This document shows, in pieces, positions 37,300 through 48,600 of a DNA stretch of 64,000 nt. The notes below the pieces were generated by a model that was not told the origin of the DNA, searched no databases, and saw nothing but the letters and a program-made list of their open reading frames with translations. Every line of letters begins with the position of its first letter. Position 1 is the first letter of the stretch. Source of the DNA: Phoronis australis. Lineage: Eukaryota; Animalia; Phoronida. Where the stretch lies: positions 30,949 through 94,948 of the forward strand of contig NMRA01000594.1 of the NCBI GenBank assembly GCA_002633005.1, given 5' to 3'. Both the position numbers and the translations under genes were made by a program.

Positions 37300-38400
37300 G
37301 TACACAAGTTCGCCGAATAAAAGAAAGGGTGCTCGTACTTATTTTTAACATAAAGACCAATGTTAAATTATCTACTAAAGTCACCATAAAGTGTCCCCGC
37401 ACTGTATTTAATGTGGCTTCCATCCTCAATATCGTCAGTATACATAAATAACAAAATAAATTGATTGATAGGTGGAAAAACGTTGTTCTCTACTTGTACC
37501 CAACTGCCTGCCAATTTAGTTGATTGGTTTGAACATTGGTAAAGACCAAACGCGTGTATCAAATATATTTACCTGGACATCTGTCATACATGCATTCTTT
37601 TAAATTAAGTTCATTAAAATATTGATAAACATCTTGTTAACCTACTCGTGGAATTTTATCAATCCTCTACATCTCGATAACTTTGTTCACAAGAATACTC
37701 TTTTCGTTTTCAATTCTGTCTGGCCCATACTATACAATGCCAAACCCAGTCCAGTGCAGTAAGTTTTTTATAAATACCTTGCGTTTGCGTTATTTTTTCT
37801 TTCAGTACAACCATGCTGAATGTTATAACTATCTAATCGAATACTTATTTAACACCTTTTCAATTTCACCAAATTCAGCCAATTATTTGCCAATCATTGC
37901 CAACCGCGGTGACACCATGGAATTCTGCCTAACTCACCCCAGGCTGCTGAATTTGGGGTACTTCGTCCGAGGCATAACCAAATTTGCAAAATTTGTTATA
38001 CTCGGTCTCAGTATTTGAGTCAGGGAGCCATTTGAAATAATTGGGGCTATTTTAGTATTGGAAAGTTGAAACTTGTGCTTTATCGAATCATTCTCGTTCT
38101 GAAACTATTTCTTCAATTAAAAAAACTGGTACCAAATTACGAGCAACATGTCTCATCAATGATCCATTCTTTGTTGTTAAACCCTGCTAATAACCAGTTT
38201 CCCAAAGAAACAACTACGGCGTTTTCATGAACTGCTGTTTCAGTGAAGTGGCGATATAACCGCCTTCAGTCAAAAACTCACTTCGGACTTAAACAACTTG
38301 TCGCTATAATCTGATACGCTAACGTGTTCTATTCTCAGATCGAACACAATTCCTGTGTTTGGGAAGAAGTGGCATTTAGTTATTGCTTGAGGTCAGGTTA
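37300..38400 (-). mobile_element. Old RTEX-like LINE remnant (3' part of ORF2)
   Basis: Minus strand: KFCKF..STPNSAAWGELGR, LLHWTGFG, GR..REQR and DDIEDGSH, in the same order as the element at 15965-17565. Confidence 0.7.
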
Positions 38401-38759
38401 ATCACGCCATGCCATGTTATGCGTGAGCACGGTATCACCAATACCAAATTGTTAGTTTTTCCATAGCAAAGGAATCTTTTCTCATCTTCGTAATGAAAAA
38501 TCTGAGGAGAAGTGTATAACGGAACGTGGCCTTATTCAGAAGTCATTGTTAACGGCCAAGGTCGGATTCCTTGACAATTTAAAAACGAGACTTTTTCATT
38601 CACCGCACTCTCCTTCTATCAGCCTTCACTAAACTACCACATGATGCACCGGAAATTTGTGAGGAATTAAATATTGTCACAAGAAAATGAGTTTTTGAGA
38701 AACGAACTCTGTTTCCACGTGATACATCACTCGTGTAGACGAGTTATAACAATTATAAA

Positions 38760-39240
38760 ATCATGAGACAAGTTACTACTGTCAATGCAAATATTTTGGC
38801 GACTTTTTGCAGAGTTTTTTTTGGAAATCAAACTTACAGAGACGCCTCTGTGACAGCCTGAAAGAGCATCACACCTCAGAGAAAAGCAACTTATATATAT
38901 ATATGCAATGTGTTAGCAACAATCACCAAGCTAATTCAGATATTATTATCTGTAGAGAGGAATTACTGTACATTAAAGCGTCATTGGCCCTTTAGGACCA
39001 GCATGCTACTGATTCTCCGAATAACATGCAGAGCTCAGTGACCCTGCAACTATGGTGATGACCAGCTTCTTACAGTTCCTTGTATCTCTTATTTCACTCG
39101 ATAGATGTTACCTGAGCTGTATGTTGGCACTTGCTGACCTTTGTGAAAATTTATTATCCTGATGATGGCTAATGAATAGACGGAACGTTGACTGAACCTG
39201 AACTTTTTTACTTGTGCGGCGATTGTACGTTTTTAATATC
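38760..39240 (+). mobile_element. Penelope-like element remnant: GIY-YIG endonuclease C-terminus plus degenerate hammerhead motif
   Basis: RRLCDSLKEHHTSEKSNL...H...I..REELLYIK resembles the PLE GIY-YIG pattern R.L..R..EH...E..I. Downstream CTGATGA-TGGCTA..TAGAC-GGAACG at 39159-39190. Confidence 0.55.
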
Positions 39241-40074
39241 ACGTAAAAGTACGCACTTTTCGCAAAAGTTGCAAGATGCATGAAACAGTCCCAAAAAGGG
39301 TCTCAGCTAAGTTCCTTAAATCTTCTCCGTATTTGTATCGTTCTTTACTCACAGACGTAATCTTTTCTCACTATTATATTTTTATAATGATGGCCTCTTC
39401 GACTAATAACATATTCTAATAATACAATTGAAAGCTGCACCCTTAGTTCAACGAAAATAGATAGGGTCTTAGCCCATAAATAAGGGCGTAGCATGAAAAG
39501 ATCCCTACTTATTTTAAAAAAGGTTGAGAATTTAAACTGGAGTTCCTAAAAAATTACTTAGCAATGAAACTAAAACAAAATGACAAAGGATAACAAGTGT
39601 TTTCACTAGTCCACGAATACGCAGTAGATTTAATGAACTTTGTTGAATCCCTATCTGGGACTGTTTCATGCAAATGGGCTCTTACGTCTCATATTTTGCA
39701 GAATTTTTCCGTCTATTGTGAAGATAAGCGCTATCACATATTTATCGAGTAATTGTCATTTTCATTGTCCTCTCCATGAAAAGTCGTTGCTCCACAATAC
39801 ATTGACAATAACACTTAACGCAATCATTTCTCACTTCAAAAAGTAATGAAACAAAAAACAAGGTACAGTTCTTCTTTTAAGTTACATATTGATAACTAAT
39901 TGGCAGCTATATGCAAATATATGGAGTGGAATAAATCATTTAGATGCATTGTTCAATCATGTGTAGGATAATTTTCGTCCTTAAAAAATAGGCTATAAAA
40001 ACGCTGGACTCATCACGCCAACTCTGTCCAGGACGAAATAATACTATATTTAATGTTTTGTTTACATCTGAAAT

Positions 40075-40440
40075 TTCAGAGAGCATTAAAACGCATTTAA
40101 ATTCACACAGACAGGGGAGCATAATAATGAGCATTAAAACACTCAGACAGTGCATCATAACTACACTGTACGAACATTAAAACACAATGAAGGCATTACA
40201 CAAAAATTCACAACAAAGGTGAAATATAGATTATAAAGAGAGGAGAGATCGATTGATATTGAGTAGAGAAATCAATATAACGACAATTTACATGCCGGGC
40301 TGCTCGTAGAAAAATGTAAGTTTGTTAGAGAAAGGCATCAAGCCAAAACTGTTGACGTTGGAGTTAACGAGCAGGAACACTTTTATTAATCCGGGTGACA
40401 ATCATTTTAATTTCAATATGGCTGCCTTCAAAAAGCAAAT
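40075..40440 (+). repeat. Dispersed ~370 bp repeat, second copy at ~43600-43975
   Basis: Shared CACAGACAG..GCATAATAATGA.CATT, GCATTACACAAAA, AGAGATCGAT and AATATGG.TGCCTT blocks, in the same order. Confidence 0.7.
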
Positions 40441-40749
40441 GATTGTATCTTAGATTTTGGAACAGGTCCTTAGGAAGCGAGAGGGCGTCCCTAAAAAATT
40501 GCAGGCGTCAGGGTTAAACCTTGGCAACCGACATAGGTTTGGGCCCGGGGACAGTCGAGAAAAGAAAGACTGCGAAATACGGATGAGAGAGAAAATATTA
40601 AGAGAAAATTTAAGAACTCTGCATCAGGGCATGGTTTAGCTTTTGAGGAACCTGGCCAGGACACTGTCGTTAGGTTCACCGCTTTTGCAGCACAGGTCAT
40701 CTAAACGCACTAAAAACGCGCATGACATCAATCATACACATATTTTGAA

Positions 40750-41415
40750 AAATCGAGAAAATTTGTTAAGTGACGCTTTACGGAGCGTACTAATTTACTA
40801 GATTTTTAAATTTAATAAGTCAATTTTGCGAATGCAAAACTAATATATTTTTCCATATACCACTCCCTGGCAAGGGATAAAAGAGACAACATTCGCTTTA
40901 TTTTTTATTGAAACTGTATATAACTTAAGAGAAATTGATGACCTGACAGATAACATCAATTGCTGCGCATTTCATGATGTCTTAAAGTTTTTGTATTTTC
41001 ACATTTAGAGGCCCCACCCTTGAAGGAGTCCAGTGATCACATACAAGTGGCCACCTTTTTGTTTTTTATTTACAAATTCTGAAGGGATCGCTCACGGAGA
41101 GAGAAATTCTCACAATCGTAAACAAAGATTTCAGCTTTTTTTTGTCAGGGGAGTTCAAGTTTACCTCGTGAACCGTTATAGGTACCTCTGAAATAAGCAA
41201 AAAAATACACCTTAATACGAATGCCCCATCTTTCATATTCCCCCTGTCTGCAAGCATGCATGAGGAAATTGCTTATTATAATATTCCGTCTTGATAAACA
41301 AATTCGTTGGTTTCTGTTTTACTTGTTTATGTATCTAAGAAAATTGATAGATTCATAGATGATTTTTGATAACTAGAAGCTGATCTTGTAAGAATTGATG
41401 ATGTTTCAGGGAATT
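40750..41415 (+). repeat. Second copy of the dispersed repeat at 9735-10875
   Basis: Shared AATCGAGAAAATT, GATTTTTAAATT.AATAAG, CAGATAAC.TCAATTG, AAAATACACCTTAAT and TTGATAAACAAATT blocks. Confidence 0.7.
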
Positions 41416-42416
41416 TCATTGCAGCTTGAAGTTGGAAAACTCTACAGTGAAGCAGAGGAAAGTGCAGCGCCACTGCCGGTCGCCTGGGATATCGCGGGAG
41501 AGCCTACATGTATACTTAGCCATAGTTCCGTTGCGATTGAGACGTGTTCCAAATTTGACAGTTGAAATTGGATCTGAGCCCCCCCCCCCCAAACACACTA
41601 AAACTGCACATATTTCACTCTTGTTTNCCTGTCCCCCTAAATCCGCTTATGCATGACTGACGTACCCACGTTAAAAATAAGATGTTACCAGTGGGAACTC
41701 ATAAAACCTTGTCTACTGTTTAATCAAGGACCATTTATAGATTCATTGATTCTATACGTCTTTCAACATAGATATTACACCAATCAACAAGTAGCTATTT
41801 ACTGATGCCGAGCAGCGAAGCATATTATTTTATTGTTATGCAGCAGTCTTTTGAACGGTCATGTTCGATTGATTATTGTACGAAATTACATTTCATCAAG
41901 ACGGGACTCCAAATGTTGTTTTTCATTTTTCTGAAATATCCCATACTTAAAATGGTACAAAGACCGACATTTTTATTCACACTGCACTCATAGTCTGAAA
42001 ATGTAATTATTAAATGCAAACTAATGTATTCATAATGTTTAACAGAATTGTGTATAGGTAACGAAAATCGTTTGATAGGAACTAATTAATCCATTCGGGA
42101 ACATGTAGGAATCGATCCTGTGTTCGATTTTAGGTTCCCTTCGACAATAAGTTTTTGATTCAAGATTCGGAAAACACGCATAATCTAAACAATTAAGTGA
42201 TCTGAAAACCTATCTGGTACTTGTTATGGATCACCTGAACAGCACGTGTTTTCGACAGCCTCAGTTTTTAGGAAATAGGTTAACTTTCATAATCTAAAGA
42301 TAGGGAATCACAAAAGAGAAGTTTTCTATTAGACCGTGTCACTCAAGCACAGACAGCCGTATGATTCAATAATCTTGCCTTTGATAAACAGACATGAAAC
42401 CGTTTTTCATTATGTT

Positions 42417-42590
42417 CAGTGGCAGTTAAGAGGAGGCCCAAGGGGTCAATGCCCGCCACCCCCAACCCTTAAATCATCCCACATTCCATTGGGCAATTTG
42501 GAGGTGCAAATGTCTAACGGGCAAAATCCTGGCTAATACTCATCCCTGCCCCCCAACCCTCCGCAACTCAAAATCGTGGATCCGTCCTTG
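42417..42590. mobile_element. MITE homologous to 3937-4070
   Basis: CAGTGGCAGTTAAGAGG...AATGTCT..GG.CAAAATCCTGGCTA...GGATCCGTCCTTG. Confidence 0.7.
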
Positions 42591-44439
42591 AATCCACCGT
42601 AAACAAGGTGTAGGCCTATATAGTCGAAAGAGGAACAAGGCACCATTTCTGAGAGAAACGGTAGATAACCTCCGAAGCACCGAAAACAGGACGGCGCCCC
42701 TTTCGTCCCAAGGACAGGAATGCCGACGATGGACAGGAATAACGAACTATTTTTTTCATTTTGACGGATTAGAGTGCGACTACACCTGGCCTTGAAAGTT
42801 GGCACGCGAGATGCCACGCGCCCTGTTTGAACGAGACCGGTTGCGTGGAGCCACGGCAGAGCGCGCACTAATCTGCTTGTTCGCTGCAACAATGTCCTAT
42901 GCAACAAAACTCAAAATTCAATTTTTTTACGTCAAGTCCTAAGCCTGACACAGAATAATTACAATAAAGACGGAGGCAAAATCAGTGACAATTGAACCAC
43001 AATGAAATGCCCAAAGTTCAACAGAGAATTACAGTTGTTCAGAGCTTTTTGTCCGATTTCCTTAAGTGAATGTTTTTTGTTCGCTTTTGTTTCGGCAAAA
43101 ATCTGCGAGGCCAAGAGTCGCCGACCTCTACAGTATTTTGTACCAGGTGATGGCAGTTAATTCTTAAGGAATCTCACTAAGTGACGCAATAACATAATGA
43201 AATATTTCCAAAGCGCAAAGATACCTCTATTGCCAACAGGTCGTGGGTCGAGGGTGTCGTGGGTCGTGGGGTGTGAAGGTCGAGGGTATTTTAGAACAAT
43301 CCCGGTATGCCATTGAAAATTTGAGCTAGATTAAATGTTCGAGGTAATAGCTAAAAGAAAAAAACTGAGAGAGGTTTTATAGCGCTAATTATTCTTAATC
43401 AACGGGGTGAAGGTGCCCTAAGCGGGTGGTGCAACTTAGGCACAGATTATACTGGCGACAAACATAGAGAGCATCCCTGCAAGACGCCGAGGTCGAGATC
43501 TTACTCGTGATTTACATGTAACAACAGTTGTATAATTCCATCCATCTTTGTGCAACACTACCGCATGTCCTAAGCATGGTAAAGTGAAAGAAACAAGAAA
43601 ACAACACACAGACAGTGCAGCATAATAATGAACATTTAAACACTCAAGTAATTCAGATAAATAATGAACTTCAAAACACCAATGACAGCATTACACAAAA
43701 GTTTCAATGTAAAATATACATTATATACAATGCAGAGATCGATGTACATTGAATAGAGAAATTGTATCGTCAACTTACATGCCATGCATGTGAGTTTGTT
43801 AGGGAAAGGCCTCAGCTCAAAACTGTGGACTTTTGGGTAACAAAAGTGATACTTGCTTCAAACTTAAATCTTAATCATATTGTAATTCTAGATGGACGGT
43901 CATAGTTTGTCAGAAAATCCTCCATATGACAATCATGATGAATTCTAATATGGTTGCCTTTACAATAGCAAATGCGCCAGATGAACTAGACAAAGAGTTG
44001 TAAGTTTAACGAGTTTAATTCGTAGCCGACAACAAAACGAGGTGGAACCGGAAGAGCTCTCACCAAACACAGTCGTACGAATAACAATGCAATGGCGATG
44101 CTTATATCTCCAAGATTCTTGGATACCTAGAGACATCGTGGTTTAGATAAACCTCTCATTTTTTGTACCCGCTGATTCCAGTTACAGATCAGTGCTTTTG
44201 GTTACCTTTTATTCGTATAAAAGTAAGTTCTCTTACAGTGTATCTCGATTTCTGGGACACCAAATTATGACTATTCTTGTGTTTAGCAATCACTGGTTCT
44301 TTAATTGCTTCTCTAGGGAAAAATTCAGTGGAGCTACATGTAGGATGATATACCTCATAATGTGTCTAAACTTCAATATATCACAGTTTTATCTACGCTA
44401 CACGTCTTTTCAACATACGTTGCGTTTGGTTTTATTCGT

Positions 44440-46620
44440 GAATCCTGAGCTTCCTGGAGATGGCTACCCGCTTTCCTGGAAGTCCTGGCAAGATGGCCGA
44501 CTTACTTTCGGTATTACTTCAATCTACATCGAAAGGGTATGTCCCGAAATTTTCACATTCAGTCATACAGTTCTGGTACCTATGATTGACTGATACAAGC
44601 TACAATAGGGCATGCCCGTTCTTTAATTTGCGTGAACACGCAGCGTAAGTCAATCCACATACCTGCAGTGACTGTGGATGTCCTGACCACTCCTTCACGC
44701 GGTCTGATCCAGTAGGTAAACCTAGTGTTTACCAAGACATCATATCAACCAAAAATCAATGTCATGAGAGCGCCTTTTAACCTTTTGTTCTGAAGATTTT
44801 TTGTATGGCTGTTGTTATTGGCTGAAAGACCTCAGCGCCCCATAATGCAACATTTATCGGATATGAAAACATCTCTTCACGCTATATCACGTTAGGGAAA
44901 AAGTGCAGAAAAATGCACCAAAACAAATCTAAGTTCGACACTGCGGCTGTAATTCCGTGTTGTGACCACGAAGATAGATACAAGTATAGAACATACGACA
45001 AAGAAGAGTGACACAATTACCTTAGTGGTAAGGTACTATCCCCAGCTAGTTTCAATTATCTACTTTTGCCAAAAAGCTTCATCTTTTGCTTACTCGTGAC
45101 CCCATTTTGACCTCAGTTATATACTCAAACCACCCCTTCTCAGAGAGTCCCCCAATGTCACCGAGGTGATCGATCACAAACAGTTACAAGCTGTATGTCA
45201 ACGATAGCAATTACACCTTTGGGACATTTCCATGCGGGGTACCTCCACCGTCATAGAAATTCTAAGCAAATTCCCGGAGACGGTGCTGAGTTCACAGATC
45301 CAAGCGGCACCTTATCAAGTTTGTCAACTATTTTGACGTCCAATGTTCTGATGGTTGATTGTAAAGTTGGTTAAATGCTCCCCAGAATGGTATATAGGCA
45401 ACACTGAAGTGTCTCTCCACATCCCAAGGAATGCGGACACGCAAAACCATTACTACACCTGGTCCTTGATAATTTCAATCAAACCATGGTGTTGAGGTAA
45501 TTGTTCCCTGTGAAATCCGAATACAATGGCCTAAACAGGGATAGGGTATATGTGGCGCCTGATTCCTTTTATCGAATACGCATGTGATCTCCTCATTTTT
45601 TAAATTCACATAGAGTGTCATTTGGCAGGCATTTCCATCATATGACTTAGGTGAAGCGGTCGTTCGGGGTCTGTGGTCGCGTTAGCTCGTCGTTGCAGTG
45701 CATTAACCCGTTACAAAATAAATGAACAGTGAAGTAAATTAGTCAACGCCCTTTACTTTACATGTCTTTACAACATTCATCGTTTGTTACATTTGGTTTT
45801 AAATAGTGCACATTTGTGAACCCTGAATTTGACCGGAGATGTTGCCCGAATTTGCGAGAAGCATTGCGGCGTTTTCCCGTTGCTTCCAACTTGCTCGATT
45901 GTATAGTCCAACAAAAAGTTGGGAAGATCACCCCTGGAGCCAATTTCTGATTAACTCCGTTCTGGCATTTATGTTTGCTGGGCCGGCTCTCTTTTGTTCG
46001 ATAATTGATCAATCTCCGATCAGAGCGTATCTAGCCTGACTGGGCTGTGCTGCTAAAAATGAAAGTTATGTTATAACGTATCTGAACATAAAACAATAGC
46101 GTTTCTGAATTCCTTGTCAAATGCTGATCATGTTTTGTTTTTGAATCACTAAAATTGCCCAACAGCAACAGAAGTTAAGACAATTTTTTTCTGCCATATT
46201 TCAGTAACCCTTTGAAGCATGAGAGATAATTGGCCTGCATGTTGTCTTACGGGACAGTTATGGAGTTCTGGGCAGTTAACAAAGGGGCCAGATGGTATCG
46301 CACGTTCAGAACCCCTCACGTGTGGAAAAGTTGCTGAACGACAGAACGCCGTCATGGCATGGCAAGATGGTCGCCTTACTGTTTGTATTACTTGCATGTA
46401 CAACACACATGAACGTTCCAAAATTTCCAAACTCATTCAATCAATTGTATTGTCTGCGATCGACTTATACCACCCAGAATCTACCACGTCAGGTGTTTTC
46501 ATGAACACACAACGTAAGTCAAACCACTTACCTCAAGTGACTGAAACACAATTAATCGAACAGCTCCTTCAAGAGGTGTAGTGATCCAATGCGTAGATGT
46601 ACAGTACTGATAAAAGTTCA
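44440..46620 (-). pseudogene. Decayed gene with a duplicated, possibly Ig-like, domain
   Basis: Two diverged copies (44470-44680, 46340-46545) read G.W.DLRCVF...V.RPSC on the minus strand. One has DSGWYKS.A.N.I and a third segment (~45300) has D.GAAWIC, resembling the Ig D-x-G-x-Y-x-C motif. Stops present. Confidence 0.35.
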
Positions 46621-46989
46621 AGTTCACCTAGGCTAGGCACCATGAACTACCAGCCATGGCACAGTGAGGGCTTTGAATCTATTGGTCTAGAGGTAAAGGA
46701 GATTTTTGGCAATGATGTGGAGATTAGAAGAACGCGTCAGCCCTTTTACTTCAAACATTGAAGCAATGGCGGATCTAGGATATCACAAGGGGGGCCAACA
46801 CTTTGTCTGAAAATATTTGTGCAAAGCACGATTAGATGCGCATAGCACCGAATGGGGTGAGGTCAGACCCCCTCCCGCCCAGGAAAATTTGTCTGTTTTT
46901 TCCTCTAAAAATCAATCAGTTACCTTGTTTCCTGAAGTATTATCCAAGAAAAAAGGCAACAAAACGGCACGTGTCAAACATGAAAAACG

Positions 46990-47058
46990 GCAATGATCAC
47001 AGACTCGAACTCACGACCTGGCTGACAGAGCGCACATGATTTACCACTAAACCACCAT
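46990..47058 (-). mobile_element. tRNA-derived SINE head
   Basis: Minus strand: TGGTTTAGTGG (A-box) ... GAGTTCGAGTC (B-box). Confidence 0.5.
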
Positions 47059-48600
47059 GACTTCACTCATATTCTTGATAATAAGAGACCTACACTTGTT
47101 TATGGTCCACAGCGTTTGCACGCGAAACCTACTTCTTTTTGTAATGCTTATTACACTTTTTATATTTGTGCAATCAGTTCGTAACAAATTTGTTGTATTT
47201 AAAATAGTCTTCAAGTGCCCAAAAGACCAAATCCGTTGTTTGTGTTGGCATTAATGACGGGATTGCTTTGGAAATCGTCTTAAGTTAAGTTTTGACAAAG
47301 AGAGAATTATGTGTTTCTGAATGATTCACTAAGGCTTCGATTAAAATTCACATCTTACCAGCAGCTTCTGTTTTTTCATCGTCACTCGGATTCCATTTTC
47401 TTTTAAAAAATGAAGTAATTTTCTGTTTTGCACAGTGAAGCAGACGACAGAAACGGAGTCGTAGTGCGCAGCGCCATTGCCGGTCGCCTGGGATATCGAA
47501 TCCTCTCGGGTCAGAAGTATGGGTTACGTGGTTTGACCAACGTATTGCGTGTACAAAGTGTAGTTATTCTAAATTTTCTGCATGCCCATATGTGCTTGAT
47601 GCCTAAGCGCAGGGAATTGTGTTGCTGTCTTTGATTGACCATCGAGTACTGAGAAAAAGTACCTATCAACCGATTTCCTTCTAAAACCGAGTCCCAAAAT
47701 GAAAATTGAAAAGACACGACTATCTCGGCGATAGACAATAAAATAAATGTGTAAAATTTCCTGCGAATTGTTCTTTGAGGAACCTGTGTACAAAAGGGCC
47801 CAAAGTGTCTGAATTCAGGTGAAGATTGCAATCAAAAACAACAATCAAGGTGGTGAGACTGTCTCGGCCGTGAGCCGAGCTGGTTTACCTAGAGCCGCTA
47901 CTTAGCTGAAAAATGAAGCTGAAATCTATTACAATTGTTTGAAGTAATATGCGCATTTAGCACATAAGTACTACTTTTACAGAAGTGCTATAAGCACGGG
48001 AATGCATAACAAATAATTTGTCTAAAATGAGCAATGCATTTTAGTATCAACTCAGTGTGAAAAATCTCATAGGCCATGGCCCCAGCCTCCTTACCACGCA
48101 CGTCCGTGACTACTTCAGGAACAACGGAAACTTTGGATAAAATCATTCCCTATAAGTTCAAAAGTCTTTTTCAGCAAAGTTCCTAGTAATAAATTTGCAC
48201 GTTTAGTAAGAATCTTAGATTAAAGTTGGAAAAACAAGCCTCAAATAGTTTGCTAGCCACTAGGCGCCGGTGCAGTGTGATCATAACGTGCCAATGAAAC
48301 GTCAGAAAAGCATTGTAACCGTGCCATTTCTAAGATTTTTGCTTCCAGAAGTATTTTGTGCTTTGCACAGAAAACATGACTTTTGTGCCAACTGTGACAT
48401 TGCTGAGAAGATGAATTATTGTACGAGTGCATGAATTATTGATAAACTATAGGCTTCCCGTTGTCAAAGTCTCGTTTAGGATTCTGCTCACAATTTTGAG
48501 CTTCTGGATTTTTCGGACATAACGTGACTGCCTGACTCCTGACCTGAGTCAACAATTTTAAAGCTACTGACTTTGGGATATTTCAAAAAATCTGCAGAAT

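Noticed and set aside
37400-37470. EnSpm/Plavaka-like LYxDD transposase motif
   Set aside because: Better explained as the C-terminal IED.H motif of the surrounding RTEX-like LINE.
47431-47460. RAG-type recombination signal or Transib end (CACAGTG ... ACAGAAACG)
   Set aside because: The spacer is 9 bp rather than 12 or 23, and there is no partner TIR or RAG/Transib ORF.
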